Source: Candidatus Thorarchaeota archaeon
GTDB taxonomy: Archaea > Asgardarchaeota > Thorarchaeia > Thorarchaeales > Thorarchaeaceae
Length of the DNA: 64,000 bases
Assembly (NCBI GenBank): GCA_046482545.1
Contig: JAWOEX010000028.1
Span: 256,001-320,000, forward strand
Reading direction: 5' to 3'
Positions 28,878 through 39,488 of this stretch are shown here, in pieces (the stretch's first letter is position 1; each line of letters opens with the position of its first letter). Under the pieces are notes generated by a model that had not been told where the DNA came from, did no database searches, and worked only from the letters and a program-made list of their open reading frames with translations. A program made the position numbers and the translations under genes.

Positions 28878-29831
28878 ATGGCAGCTAACACAAAATCGGT
28901 AGAGAAGAAAAGAAAAGGGTCAGCTGAATTCACGTGCCCAGAGTGTGGTGGGCATGATGTAGTGCAGGACCTAGAGAAAGGGGAGAAGATTTGCGCGACA
29001 TGTGGCCTTGTAGTCAGCGATCACAGAATCGACAAGGGGCCGGACTGGCGAGCTTTCACTACAGAAGAAAGAAATGCCAGAGCAAGAGCAGGAGCTCCCA
29101 CTAACTACACTATCCACGATAAGGGACTCAGTACAATGATTGACTGGAGAGATCTTGACTCCTCTGGGAAGCGATTCTCAGCTAAAAAGCGCGCACAGAT
29201 TTACAGACTTAGAAAATGGCAGATTCGAACACGGGTACATAGCTCCGTTGACCGAAACCTTGCACAGGCTATGACCGAACTAGACCGGTTAACCTCACAG
29301 CTTGGCTTGAAGAAGAGCATCAAGGAGCTTGCGGCGCTCCTATATAGAAAACTCATCGTAAAACGGCTCGTGAGGAGCAGATCCATCGATGCCATGGTTG
29401 GAGCTGCAATCTATGCAGCGTGCAGGTTGAGAGAAGCTCCGCGGTCTCTTGAAGAAATCGCAGATCATTCACGTGTCAGCAAGAAGAAGATCGGCAAGCA
29501 CTATCGTCTATTGGTACGCAAGCTTAAACTCAAGATGCCGATTTCAACGCCCTCAAATTATGTTCCGCGTTTTATCACCGAGCTTGACTTGCCCGGACAT
29601 GTGCAGGAGAAGGTTCTTGAAATCCTTGACGCGGCACAGCAGAAAAAGCGGTTGATTACTGGTCGTGACCCACGAGGGCTTGCGGCTGCTGCGATCTATA
29701 TCGCTTCGATTGTCACCGACCATCGTGTGACACAACGCGATATCGCCTCTGCTGCTGGCGTGACTGAAGTGACTGTTCGGAATAGGTACAAAGAGCTCGT
29801 TGACGAACTGAACATCAGGATGACCCCGTAA
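28878..29831 (+). CDS. tfb: Transcription initiation factor IIB, second paralogue
   Basis: Same motifs and length (317 aa) as 26966..27919; GPDWRAF. Confidence 0.96.
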   Translation: MAANTKSVEKKRKGSAEFTCPECGGHDVVQDLEKGEKICATCGLVVSDHRIDKGPDWRAFTTEERNARARAGAPTNYTIHDKGLSTMIDWRDLDSSGKRFSAKKRAQIYRLRKWQIRTRVHSSVDRNLAQAMTELDRLTSQLGLKKSIKELAALLYRKLIVKRLVRSRSIDAMVGAAIYAACRLREAPRSLEEIADHSRVSKKKIGKHYRLLVRKLKLKMPISTPSNYVPRFITELDLPGHVQEKVLEILDAAQQKKRLITGRDPRGLAAAAIYIASIVTDHRVTQRDIASAAGVTEVTVRNRYKELVDELNIRMTP

Positions 29832-29840
29832 TAGTATAGC

Positions 29841-29887
29841 AATTGGTTGCAGCAGCATTGCGACCAATTCCCCTCTTTCTTATTTTT
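29841..29887 (+). terminator. Hairpin plus pyrimidine tract after the second tfb
   Basis: AATTGGTTGCA...TGCGACCAATT stem followed by CCCCTCTTTCTTATTTTT. Confidence 0.55.
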
Positions 29888-30129
29888 CGAGTAATCTCAG
29901 CATACCAATTATGTGATTTGATTCTATAGGTCTAATCTTGATGAAGAGTGTCCCGCATCGAGAGCTGATTTGTCCTCAGGCGATAGCTAGCTCCTTAGAC
30001 ACAAGCGAAATTCAAAACCGGACTAGTTGATGAGCTAAATATACGGATGAACGGCTAATTGAGTAATGTGCGTTAGAATCCCTAGAACAGTATCTTTGTT
30101 TTTCTTGAGAGTGGAATAACTCGGCAAGG

Positions 30130-30537
30130 TTACGGTTCGATTTTCTTGCAACAGTCATGATACGGGAGAAACTCTTTCAGAAGAACAACTCTATCAGTAT
30201 CGAGAATGACATCAGTTTCGAGATTCTCGCTGTTGATCTGATACATGAACTCTCGGCACCGGCCACATGGCGAAAGTATGTAGATATCGCCTTGCTCATC
30301 CTGATACACCGCCACGAATTTGTAGATTCGAGATTCGCCTGCCGTAATCATGGACCCGATGGTGTTATGTTTAGCACAGAATCCCATGCTGGAGCTGGTG
30401 TCAATGCAAACGCCGCGGTATATGGTCCCGGTCTCAGTAACGAGAGCGCTCCCCACATTTCCTATTGTGAATTCTCCACTCTGTCCAGGATTGATAACAG
30501 AAACTGCTTCTTCAATGAGCTCTGAGTTGGTTGCCAT
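30130..30537 (-). CDS. Cytidine deaminase-family protein with catalytic Glu replaced by Lys
   Basis: VGSALVT, CA(K)H, SPCGRCRE motifs. Confidence 0.75.
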   Translation of the reverse strand: MATNSELIEEAVSVINPGQSGEFTIGNVGSALVTETGTIYRGVCIDTSSSMGFCAKHNTIGSMITAGESRIYKFVAVYQDEQGDIYILSPCGRCREFMYQINSENLETDVILDTDRVVLLKEFLPYHDCCKKIEP

Positions 30538-30690
30538 GAGATGATTTCCCGTCTTCATCTATTTAACAGCGTCTGTTTGCAAAGTTCAGGCATAGGTCAC
30601 CAAATCCCAGTTGCATTAGGGACTGCATGGTTTCCATACCCTTTTACGTAATAACATCCAAGTGTATCCAATGTTGTCGAGGTCATAATC

Positions 30691-31218
30691 TTGAAGAGAA
30701 TACTGGGTTCGCTCGAGATCAGCGTAGTGAAGGGAGACATCAGTGAATCTGATGCTGATGCTATTGTGAATGCTGCAAACTCACGCTTATGGATGGGTGC
30801 AGGAGTTGCCGGGGCTATCAAGCGCCGCGGTGGAACGATAATAGAAGAGGAAGCCATGGTAAAGGGGCCAATAAACCCGGGAGAAGCAGTCATAACAAGT
30901 GGGGGCAAGCTCAAAGCGAAGAATGTCGTTCACTGTGCCGGAATGGCTCCAAATAGGAAAGCAACAACGGAATATGTTGCTGATTCGGTTAAAGCAGGTT
31001 TGGAACTTGCAGACACAAAGGGAGCACAGACGATAGCAATTCCAGCAATTGGAGCAGGGGTAGGCGGACTGGACTATGAGCAATCGGCTTCTGCAATACT
31101 AGAAGGAATTTCAGAATTCGCGAGTGAAGCCGAGTCACTCAAGAAGATTATCCTAGTAGCGTACAGTGACGATGCCAAGGAAGTTTTCGAACAGCAAATC
31201 GAACATTTGGAACAATGA
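30691..31218 (+). CDS. Macrodomain (ADP-ribose binding/hydrolase)
   Basis: GDI, DAIVNAAN, GAGVAGAI, VVH, IAIPAIGAGVGG. Confidence 0.9.
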   Translation: MKRILGSLEISVVKGDISESDADAIVNAANSRLWMGAGVAGAIKRRGGTIIEEEAMVKGPINPGEAVITSGGKLKAKNVVHCAGMAPNRKATTEYVADSVKAGLELADTKGAQTIAIPAIGAGVGGLDYEQSASAILEGISEFASEAESLKKIILVAYSDDAKEVFEQQIEHLEQ

Positions 31219-31454
31219 ACAATTGGAGTCATAGAGCATCGAGTCGATAGAGGTCACTATAGGCATATCACAACCTGAAGATGCCAAATTCCACTTGGCA
31301 GTCAATGTCACAAGAAACACGCAATTGAGCATTTAGATGAGCTGACTGAAGACACAGGTGAGCTTGAAGTGCTGCCCGATTAATCTGCAGTTGCTTTACT
31401 CAGCATGGAGCGACCCCCTCCCAGCCATTGCTGCAAAAGCAAAGGGCGTTGCTT

Positions 31455-32819
31455 CTACATTCTCAATCTACGCCTAGCGACGCTAGCAGATTTGACCAGC
31501 GGATCCCAAGTATCGCAGATTGCAGGAGCATAGCAGTTCTCAAAATCAAACAGCTCCACAGCATTGATTTCCTGCTGGATTCCGAGGGTAATCACATTGA
31601 GTCTCATTGCAGCGTCTTCTAATCCGACCAGCTGGCCGCCCACAAGCTTGCCTTCCGATTTGGTGTAGTAAGTCTTGACTTTGATATCCTTGCCACCAAC
31701 ATAGTAAGGAGGTTTGGTTTCACCTTTGATAGAACCCTTCTTGACTTTCACATCGAACTCATCAGCAAGATGTTCAGTCAGACCGGTACTCGCTATCTCC
31801 ATGCCGAAAAGTTTAGTCACCTTTGCACCGACAATACCCGGAAAGATTGCATCGCCACCCGCTGCATTGATGCCAGCCACCCGACCTTGTCGAACAGCAA
31901 CGGTCCCAAGCCCACCAACCATGGGATTACCAGTAATGAATTCCTTGTGTTCAACACAATCGCCGCAAGCGTAGACATCCTCGATACTAGTCATCATCGT
32001 TTCGTCTGCAACAATACCCCCGGTGGGGCCAATCTCAACATCAATTGTTTCCGCCAGATCAGTGGTTGCGCGCACTCCTGTAGCGACAACAACTATATCG
32101 GCATCGATTTCTGTCGTTTGTTCAGTTTCTCTATCCTGCACGAGTACCGTCTCAGGTTCATCAGCACCTGTAATCTCTTGGGCAGCTGTATTGCAAAGAA
32201 TCTTCAGTCCGTGTTCCTTGCATTGTTCTTCGACTATTTCTGCCATATCGGGGTCAACCATGGCGAGAAGGATGTTCGGAAGGAACTCTACCACAGTCAC
32301 ATCCAAGCCTCGTTCAAGGAAGGCTTCAGCAGTTTCCATGCCAACCAAGCCTCCGCCAATGACAACCACCTTCTCAGCTTTATCTGCTTCCTCGACTAAC
32401 TGCTTGGCATCATCCATCGTCCTAAGACCATAAACACGACTTTTGTCCAACCCTTTGATAGGCGGATCTGCATTCGCAGCTCCTGTAGCAAGGATTAATT
32501 TGCTGAACTCTAACGAGCCATGTCCATCCTCGCTCTCATACTCTAGAGTCTTGGTTTCAATATCGACAGATGTAACATCAGTTCCGAGTTTCACATCTAC
32601 TTTCAGAGCAGACCAATTGTCTTCTTTCATCAGGATGAGGTCTTCGAACTCTCTCACCTTGCCTGAAATGGTGTATGGAAGGCCACATCTAGAATACTGA
32701 GAGTAGGGCTCTCTGTTGAATATCGTAATTGGTACCTTGCGGTTCGCCTTTCGAGCTTGCATAGCTGCAGTAGCTCCAGCCGCACCACAACCGATTATTG
32801 CAATATGATCGTCCGTCAT
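31455..32819 (-). CDS. NADH oxidase / CoA-disulfide reductase-family flavoprotein
   Basis: GCGAAG, YSRCGLPY redox Cys, ATGA, GGGLVG, YACGD, YAP. Confidence 0.9.
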   Translation of the reverse strand: MTDDHIAIIGCGAAGATAAMQARKANRKVPITIFNREPYSQYSRCGLPYTISGKVREFEDLILMKEDNWSALKVDVKLGTDVTSVDIETKTLEYESEDGHGSLEFSKLILATGAANADPPIKGLDKSRVYGLRTMDDAKQLVEEADKAEKVVVIGGGLVGMETAEAFLERGLDVTVVEFLPNILLAMVDPDMAEIVEEQCKEHGLKILCNTAAQEITGADEPETVLVQDRETEQTTEIDADIVVVATGVRATTDLAETIDVEIGPTGGIVADETMMTSIEDVYACGDCVEHKEFITGNPMVGGLGTVAVRQGRVAGINAAGGDAIFPGIVGAKVTKLFGMEIASTGLTEHLADEFDVKVKKGSIKGETKPPYYVGGKDIKVKTYYTKSEGKLVGGQLVGLEDAAMRLNVITLGIQQEINAVELFDFENCYAPAICDTWDPLVKSASVARRRLRM

Positions 32820-33146
32820 ATCAGGAATTCTCCACTGCAGAATTGAATCTCTGCAGTACGCATTCAGCGAGCAAACTATAACTTCAATCTTTGGGACGGT
32901 GAACAGACAGATTTTCTGAACCCACTTACATAATCAGCTACCCAGGTCAGAGCGTCAGTAAATAGGTAAGTTTAGAACACGTGTTCCAAATTCCATTGGA
33001 GCATAAAGTAAACCAGAACTGGACGAACCAATCTAGTCAGAACGTAACACGGATTCAAGGGAATTAGTACTTGCATTTTTTGCAAGTTTGGCTAAGATAT
33101 GCACCATTCCGTAACTTTCGCATTTTATCACAGAATTGACAATGCT

Positions 33147-33272
33147 CTATCCCATGACATGTAACTCGTGAAGAGTTAATTCGAATTTCGCTCCTCCACG
33201 CTCTCTGCAACTTACTTCCAAGGTTCTCCTCTGCACGGGAATTCTATACACGGATAACCCAGAACCGTACAT
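33147..33272 (-). pseudogene. Possible remnant of a histidine kinase HATPase C-terminus
   Basis: 41-aa frame MYGSGLSVYRIPVQRRTLEVSCRERGGAKFELTLH resembles the G2 box and the terminal GGAxFxxxL strand. Confidence 0.3.
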
Positions 33273-33334
33273 ATATCGATGACGAACTATGCCTCAGGTT
33301 TCTGAAAGCGATAAGTCGTATGGAGGGCAATCAA

Positions 33335-34888
33335 TTACTTTTTCTCTGTCTCCAGCTCTTCCGGGGTCAATGAATCAGTCTCATCTGTACCTTCCTTTGG
33401 AGATTCGACTTCTGCACCCATATCAACCGATTTGTATTCAGTTTCCCCTTCCTTAGTCGCTGGTTTATCCTCTTCTTCATCCTCTGTATCTACCTCAGCT
33501 GCTGGTTCAGCTTCCTCCATACCTTCTTCTGTTCCAGTACTGGGGAGGAGAGCTTCAGCATCAGAACCCTTCTCTTGTAGTTCCTCTATCTGTGTCCTCC
33601 GTTTGACATAGAGAGCTATCACAACACCAACAGACAGTGCTGCACCGATAAGAGTAAGTGCCGTCTGCCAGTCACTCGCTGAAGATCCGAAAAGCTGTTG
33701 CCAAGTCAAGAAGAGAAAAGCAATTCCTGCCAGATTCATGACAAAACTTCGCAGTGGTGTTTCAATCTTCTCAATCTCTGTTACCTCCGTATCAACAAGT
33801 GCCGCAGCTACGACGCCGGCATTGTAATTATTCGAATCAGTCTTCTTCGCCAGTTTCCGCACGGATACAGATTTGTGCTTATCCAGAACTTTCAGAGACG
33901 GTTCAACCTTGTCCACCAATACATCTGCATATTTCATTCGTGCTTGGGCTTTTGACATGTTACATTTCTTGCAAGAATCTCTCTTTTCATCCCAGTCCTT
34001 CAAGCAATATGGACATTTCCGCATTGGCCAAGCATCTGGAGCCACTTCCCTGAGCCTTTGTTTCACGACGAACTCATTGACGGCGCTTCCAGTTCCATCT
34101 TGATATTCATCGTCATCTTTCTTTCGTATTTTGGATGTCATACCAGCAACCATAGCGAAGAGTGCAGGTAAAGCCCCCAGTACAGCCAGATTCGGGAGTG
34201 ACTTAATCTGAGACATCTTGTTATGAATACCCCGAAGCTTGGCCGCTGTCTTAATACCATCAATTATAGTACCGATACCGCTGCCTATTCCGTAAACAGC
34301 ACCAACCGTGGCTACTGATGCAGCAATTCCTGCAGCCGAAGTAATTACGTTGACGGGTTCTGCTGGGATGTTGAGATAGAATACTGCTCCAATTGAACGC
34401 ATCTCGGGTTCGCCCAGTACGTTGTAGGTAAAATTCAGTGATGCGCGGAAGAGGCCAGTCGCCAAGTCCACAGGCCCCACATCGATCATGGAGTCAAAAT
34501 CCATTTCAACTTCGACCGGGTCAATTGGTGCGTCGTGAGGCAACACGACCCAGCTGCCGTTGCTCGTAGGATTGCGTACTTCAACGGGGAAGAGAGCTAT
34601 GTCCATGTAATAGAACCAGATGGTTCCGCTCATATTCAACGACTTGTCACTAGTGACATTCACCTGCAGAAAAAGACGCATGGGTTCATCCAAGTTAACT
34701 TCGATTGGATTCTCCTCTGTTGCTTCTGTTATTGATGTGCCATCGAGCTTGAGAAGAATGTGCAGACGATCATCGCCAATGAACGAATCAGCAAAGTTTT
34801 GAGCTTGTGCTACGGGTGCTGAAAATGAAACAATAGCTAAGGCCAGTATTGTGGTTACAACTATTACCTGTAATGAAGGATGTCTCAT
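33335..34888 (-). CDS. Multi-pass membrane protein with extracellular domain, Zn ribbon and acidic tail
   Basis: Signal peptide, beta-rich domain with NxS/T sequons, TM segments, CPYC...CKKC, Glu-rich C-terminus. Confidence 0.7.
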   Translation of the reverse strand: MRHPSLQVIVVTTILALAIVSFSAPVAQAQNFADSFIGDDRLHILLKLDGTSITEATEENPIEVNLDEPMRLFLQVNVTSDKSLNMSGTIWFYYMDIALFPVEVRNPTSNGSWVVLPHDAPIDPVEVEMDFDSMIDVGPVDLATGLFRASLNFTYNVLGEPEMRSIGAVFYLNIPAEPVNVITSAAGIAASVATVGAVYGIGSGIGTIIDGIKTAAKLRGIHNKMSQIKSLPNLAVLGALPALFAMVAGMTSKIRKKDDDEYQDGTGSAVNEFVVKQRLREVAPDAWPMRKCPYCLKDWDEKRDSCKKCNMSKAQARMKYADVLVDKVEPSLKVLDKHKSVSVRKLAKKTDSNNYNAGVVAAALVDTEVTEIEKIETPLRSFVMNLAGIAFLFLTWQQLFGSSASDWQTALTLIGAALSVGVVIALYVKRRTQIEELQEKGSDAEALLPSTGTEEGMEEAEPAAEVDTEDEEEDKPATKEGETEYKSVDMGAEVESPKEGTDETDSLTPEELETEKK

Positions 34889-34987
34889 CTACAAATCCTC
34901 TCATCTATCAAAGGTCATCAGACAACCACCTAATCTGCACTGGTTGAAAAGCCTTTGCCCTCTTAACTCAATGAGTGCGAACAGTAG

Positions 34988-35368
34988 CTAGCTACGCACA
35001 ATATCTGCAGCCCTACATGCGATATCTCGATACCCATCCGCCTTGTTCATGATACCCTTGGCTCCTGCAGATAGAGCCTCAGAAATCATATCAGAGTCAA
35101 TATACGCTGTAAGAATGTATATGTCTTCAATCCCTTTTTCTACAAGCGCTTCAGTACACTCAATGCCATCCATGGGATGCATTTTCAAGTCCATAAGCAC
35201 AACATCAGGTGAAGACCCTTCTTCCAATAGTCTTTCAGTTACTTCAATAGCCTGACGACCATCAGTAGCAGAGATAAGCTGAAAGTCATCAAGATAGGTG
35301 CGTAGATATGTTTCCATGACTGATGACACGTCAGAATCATCATCTACTACTATGACGCGCTTTACCAT
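34988..35368 (-). CDS. Stand-alone response regulator receiver (CheY-like)
   Basis: VVDDD, PDVVLMDLKMHPMDG, LTA, AGA...K; start ATG 35368. Confidence 0.9.
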   Translation of the reverse strand: MVKRVIVVDDDSDVSSVMETYLRTYLDDFQLISATDGRQAIEVTERLLEEGSSPDVVLMDLKMHPMDGIECTEALVEKGIEDIYILTAYIDSDMISEALSAGAKGIMNKADGYRDIACRAADIVRS

Positions 35369-35467
35369 AACACATGTCTCCCGAACAGCAGGGCTAACCC
35401 TTAAGAAAGTAAGGGAATTCTCGCTTATGAATGTCACCACCCTTCATACACGAGATATGGCAGGAAT

Positions 35468-36748
35468 CTATTCTATCTTTGAAAGATGACATGAACAGCT
35501 AATGCAGGGATCATATGCCCGGATAAGTCGATTCAGCATGAATTCGATACCAGACTTATCCTGATTGCTAATTCCCGGATAGAGCTCACGCACGTCCTCC
35601 TCCAAATTAGTGTAGTTCATAGCAGTTGGAGTGATGATGTCCGCGTACGTCAATAGGCCGTCCGCATCGAACTCGTATGAATGTACCAAAGTCCCTCTAG
35701 GAGCCTCAGTAATATGAGTTCCACTACCAGCTCTCGGTTCTACCTCGGGTTCGAACCATTCCAAATCGCTTGCCAGAAGCCTGTCAATGGTGTTCTCTGC
35801 CATCTCGAACACTTGTGCAGTTTCGACCAATTGAGCCGCGTTGTTGAGGAATGTATTGTAGCTTGGCAACTCGATTCCTAGGGTGTCCAAAGCAGACTTG
35901 GCAAATGGTAGCAGATGATCTTCATTTATGTTCAATCTGGCAAGAGCACCAACAAGGAATCCATGTCCGTTATGAGTTCCAGCTTTTGCATAGCTGTATT
36001 GAGGGATACGCTCTTGGATATGCTTCTTGTAGTCCTCCACGGGTGCTCTCAGTCCATTCAGGGTTGCTAATTCGCCATCGACCAGAGCATATTCATCATC
36101 TCTTCGGAGAGCCAAGTAATCAGTTTCTCGCTCGAATTCTGGCTCATCCAGCGTAGCCCACAAGTCTATACATGCCTGCAAGTCTTGCCGCGCATCAAGG
36201 ATTTCTTCCTTCAGTTCCCTGAGACGTGCTTTCTTCGGATAACTACTGAAACCTCCAACCATCGGCGTAACCTGGTGAACTTCACGACCGCCTGTCAGAA
36301 TCTGGAGATCGTTGCCCAGCTTCTTCAGCTTGAGTGCAATCTTAACAACATCAGGATATTCACCAGCAGCTGAAATCACACTTTCATGACCAATGTAGTC
36401 AGGTAGCGCCAAGTAGAGTGCATGAAGGATGTGACTTTCAATATATTCTCCCCAAACCAGAAGCCGTCGAATATCTACAACGTCTTCGTTGACTTCTATG
36501 CCCATCGCTTTCTCTACAGCTTTGGTTGAAACTACCCTATGCGATGCACTACAAATAGCACATATTCTACAGGCCATCTCCGGCACTTCTCGGTAGTCTC
36601 GGCCTTTCAAGAACGCCTCGAAAAGCCTAGCTCCTTCGTCCACTGACATCTTCACATCAACGAGTTCTTTACCTTTGGTAGTCACATACAACGAACCGTG
36701 CCCTTCTACTCGGGCAATATGCTTGATATCAATACTCTCTGTTGTCAT
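35468..36748 (-). CDS. Group 3b [NiFe] hydrogenase large (alpha) subunit
   Basis: RVEGHG, RICAICSASH (L1), EAPRG, RAYDPCISCSCH (L2). Confidence 0.93.
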   Translation of the reverse strand: MTTESIDIKHIARVEGHGSLYVTTKGKELVDVKMSVDEGARLFEAFLKGRDYREVPEMACRICAICSASHRVVSTKAVEKAMGIEVNEDVVDIRRLLVWGEYIESHILHALYLALPDYIGHESVISAAGEYPDVVKIALKLKKLGNDLQILTGGREVHQVTPMVGGFSSYPKKARLRELKEEILDARQDLQACIDLWATLDEPEFERETDYLALRRDDEYALVDGELATLNGLRAPVEDYKKHIQERIPQYSYAKAGTHNGHGFLVGALARLNINEDHLLPFAKSALDTLGIELPSYNTFLNNAAQLVETAQVFEMAENTIDRLLASDLEWFEPEVEPRAGSGTHITEAPRGTLVHSYEFDADGLLTYADIITPTAMNYTNLEEDVRELYPGISNQDKSGIEFMLNRLIRAYDPCISCSCHLSKIE

Positions 36749-37521
36749 CACAAAGTCAACTCCTGAAATTCTGGCATGTCCGCAGTCGAGGGGCAATACT
36801 TTAGGAACTTCCTACGTATGTCGTCAGCAGTGGCCCCCATTTCTTTCAGAATCTTCACCTCTGCAGCCCAGTTCACCTGAGCGATAGGTCCTCTACAACC
36901 TTCACAAGCTGCACCGTGGGAGGGGCATAGAGAATCACATCCTGCTTGAGTAACAGGGCCCATGCAGAATTTACCTTCATCTAGAAGGCACGGATTTTCG
37001 TTAACCCTACACTCATAGCACACTGAGTAATTGGGTACCTGTGGTGTCTTCTGCATCGCCAGTGCCATCACTGCTCGGATGAATTCGGTTTTGTCCATTG
37101 GACAACCCGGTAGTTCTACGTCAACATCTACGTAGTCAGAAACCGGTTTGATTGGTATGACATCCAGATGTGATGTCTGATTACCGTAAACGGTTTCTTT
37201 CATCTCGTCAATATCTCGCAAGTTGCGAATTGCTGGAAGTCCACCATGAGTAGCACATGCACCGATGGCAACAAGGACATCAGAGTTCTCGCGTATTTTC
37301 TTAACCCGCTCAACTTCCGATTCCTTTGCAACTGACCCTTCGACAAAAGCGATATCCCAAGGGCCGTCAGAATTGTCTTGCTTAGCCATAACCCAGGTTG
37401 TAATGTCTACGAGACCGAGAATGTCTAAGAGATGATCTTCTATGTTCAAAATGTTTAGCTGACATCCAGCACACCCTGTGAGACCAAATATACCAACTTT
37501 CGGCTTGCCATTATTAGACAT
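36748..37521 (-). CDS. Group 3b hydrogenase small (delta) subunit
   Basis: TGCAGC, IGACA, LPGCP, VCYEC, CMGP, CEGCRG. Confidence 0.92.
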   Translation of the reverse strand: MSNNGKPKVGIFGLTGCAGCQLNILNIEDHLLDILGLVDITTWVMAKQDNSDGPWDIAFVEGSVAKESEVERVKKIRENSDVLVAIGACATHGGLPAIRNLRDIDEMKETVYGNQTSHLDVIPIKPVSDYVDVDVELPGCPMDKTEFIRAVMALAMQKTPQVPNYSVCYECRVNENPCLLDEGKFCMGPVTQAGCDSLCPSHGAACEGCRGPIAQVNWAAEVKILKEMGATADDIRRKFLKYCPSTADMPEFQELTL

Positions 37522-37533
37522 CTTGCACTCCTC

Positions 37534-38382
37534 CTAGATACTCTCCTGAAGTCGACACACTTCGAAATAGGTAAATACTGGGCCGTCTTTACACACCAAT
37601 TTGTGGCCAACCTGACAGTGAGCACACTTGCCAACACCGCACTTCATCCGCCGCTCCAGTGACATGTATATCTCATCTCTTCCGAAGTCTAAATTTAGCA
37701 GCTCTTTCACGACGAAGCGATACATTACTGGTGGCCCACATATCAGAGCCACAGTATCTTCTGAATCAACTTCGTACTTGTCAAAGAGCGTAGTTACCAC
37801 TCCAACATTGCCCGTCCATGTGTCATTACCTTCGTCAACCGTCTGAAGTACATCAACATCGGGTTCAGATGACCACTCATTCTCCACTTCATCAACGAAA
37901 ATCCGTTCTTCGGGGATACGAGCACCATAGAACAACGTCATATGTCCAAAGTCATCACGTTTGTCTATCACATAATTGATGACCGACCGAAGTGGTACAA
38001 GCCCAATTCCACCCGCAACGATGAGAATGTCCTTCCCTTTCATGTCTTCGAGAGGAAAACCATTTCCGTAAGGTCCGCGGATACCCACGACATCACCGAT
38101 TTCTAATCTGTGAATAGCCTTTGTTACATCGCCAGCTTTGCGAATACCCAGTTCGACTGTCCCAGGTCGGGTAGGTGCAGAACTGATTGAAAATGGAGCC
38201 TCGCCGATACCAAACATACTTAGCTGGATGAATTGACCGGGTTTGTAGCTGAAGTAGTTTCGGATATCTGGATTTTTGAACTCAAATTCAAAAAGGGTCT
38301 CCAATTCAGTCATATCTGTCCTGTTTTTCAGAACAGCAAGATTAGGTACGTATTCGTTTTCGTTCTTCACTTGTACTTGCAT
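37534..38382 (-). CDS. Group 3b hydrogenase gamma subunit (FAD/NAD(P), 2Fe-2S)
   Basis: GEAPFSISS, RGPYGNGF, AGGIGLVP, CGPP, RMKCGVGKCAHC, CKDGPVF. Confidence 0.92.
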   Translation of the reverse strand: MQVQVKNENEYVPNLAVLKNRTDMTELETLFEFEFKNPDIRNYFSYKPGQFIQLSMFGIGEAPFSISSAPTRPGTVELGIRKAGDVTKAIHRLEIGDVVGIRGPYGNGFPLEDMKGKDILIVAGGIGLVPLRSVINYVIDKRDDFGHMTLFYGARIPEERIFVDEVENEWSSEPDVDVLQTVDEGNDTWTGNVGVVTTLFDKYEVDSEDTVALICGPPVMYRFVVKELLNLDFGRDEIYMSLERRMKCGVGKCAHCQVGHKLVCKDGPVFTYFEVCRLQESI

Positions 38383-39447
38383 CTAGTTCCCTCCCTCGAT
38401 AGCAGGCACACTTGCCCAGTTCTTCTGTAATCTAGACAATACGTCTAAGAAGCTGATACCTGCTGGGCAGGCATCTATGCATCTTCCACAACCAGTACAT
38501 GCAATCATGCCCTGGTCGTGTACAGCTCCTCTCATCTTATGATAAAACCGGTACTTGAGTCGCGCTTCTGGCTCTTCCCGGAAATTATGATTGCCAGCAA
38601 CAAGAGCGAAGTCATAATACAGACACGTGTCCCATTTCCTCTTCCGAGTGCTTTCCTTGAGATCCAAACCCACCTCATCAGCCACATCGAAGCAGTAGCA
38701 TGTTGGGCATACTAACGCACAGGAGCCGCAGTTCATGCAGTCTTCCCCAATTTCCTCCCAGATTGGGTCATCCCATGCCACATCAAGTGTTTCTGTGAGG
38801 TTGTCAAGGTGAAATTCTACTGGCAGTGATTTGTGTTTCTTCTGGAGTGCTTTGCGGAATGCATCAACATCTTCTTTGGTTGCTTCTTGGAAAAGGTCAG
38901 GGGCAAGAGTGATGAGATGATCTCCCTTTGGAGACCCTACATTAACGTAGTATTTCTCACCATCTAGGGGAGTCAAAAAGAGATCATACCCTTCAAGGAC
39001 TATGTGAGTGTTTATAGACCTACAGAATCCATTTTCACATGGTTCTAGGCAATTTAGGCCGATTATTGTTGTTTTTTCTCTTCGTTTTTTGTAGTAAAGG
39101 TCTTCATACTCTCCACCATACACACGGTCAAGAAACAGTAGACCGTTTATGTCGCAAGCATGTAGCCCCACAATCAGTGACTGTTCGTTGGGTATGGTAT
39201 CCTCAAGCTTATCCTTAACTCTCTTTTCTTCAAAGTCGAAAGTCATCATATTTTCAACAGGTGGATTGAAAAACTTCTTAGCAGAAGTCATCGTTTGACC
39301 ATAGTCCAAATCCAGTGACTCAGGATCTGAAATCTTGTCGTAGACATGAATGCCTTTCTTGAATACGGGGCCATAAACATCATAATTGGCCAAGGCCCTA
39401 TCAATAAGCTGATTCAGGTCCTCCCTTTGCATGACATAGTTTTGCAT
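38383..39447 (-). CDS. Group 3b hydrogenase beta subunit (4Fe-4S)
   Basis: HACD, CMNCGSCALVCPTCYC, CTGCGRCIDACP. Confidence 0.92.
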   Translation of the reverse strand: MQNYVMQREDLNQLIDRALANYDVYGPVFKKGIHVYDKISDPESLDLDYGQTMTSAKKFFNPPVENMMTFDFEEKRVKDKLEDTIPNEQSLIVGLHACDINGLLFLDRVYGGEYEDLYYKKRREKTTIIGLNCLEPCENGFCRSINTHIVLEGYDLFLTPLDGEKYYVNVGSPKGDHLITLAPDLFQEATKEDVDAFRKALQKKHKSLPVEFHLDNLTETLDVAWDDPIWEEIGEDCMNCGSCALVCPTCYCFDVADEVGLDLKESTRKRKWDTCLYYDFALVAGNHNFREEPEARLKYRFYHKMRGAVHDQGMIACTGCGRCIDACPAGISFLDVLSRLQKNWASVPAIEGGN

Positions 39448-39488
39448 AATCACCATTCCAGCACTTTATGGTTACAAGATGCAATCTC

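Noticed and set aside
31219-31454. Possible gene remnant after the macrodomain gene
   Set aside because: Only short broken frames with no recognisable homology
35468-36748. Selenocysteine-containing [NiFeSe] hydrogenase
   Set aside because: The L2 motif is DPCISC with Cys codons; there is no in-frame TGA
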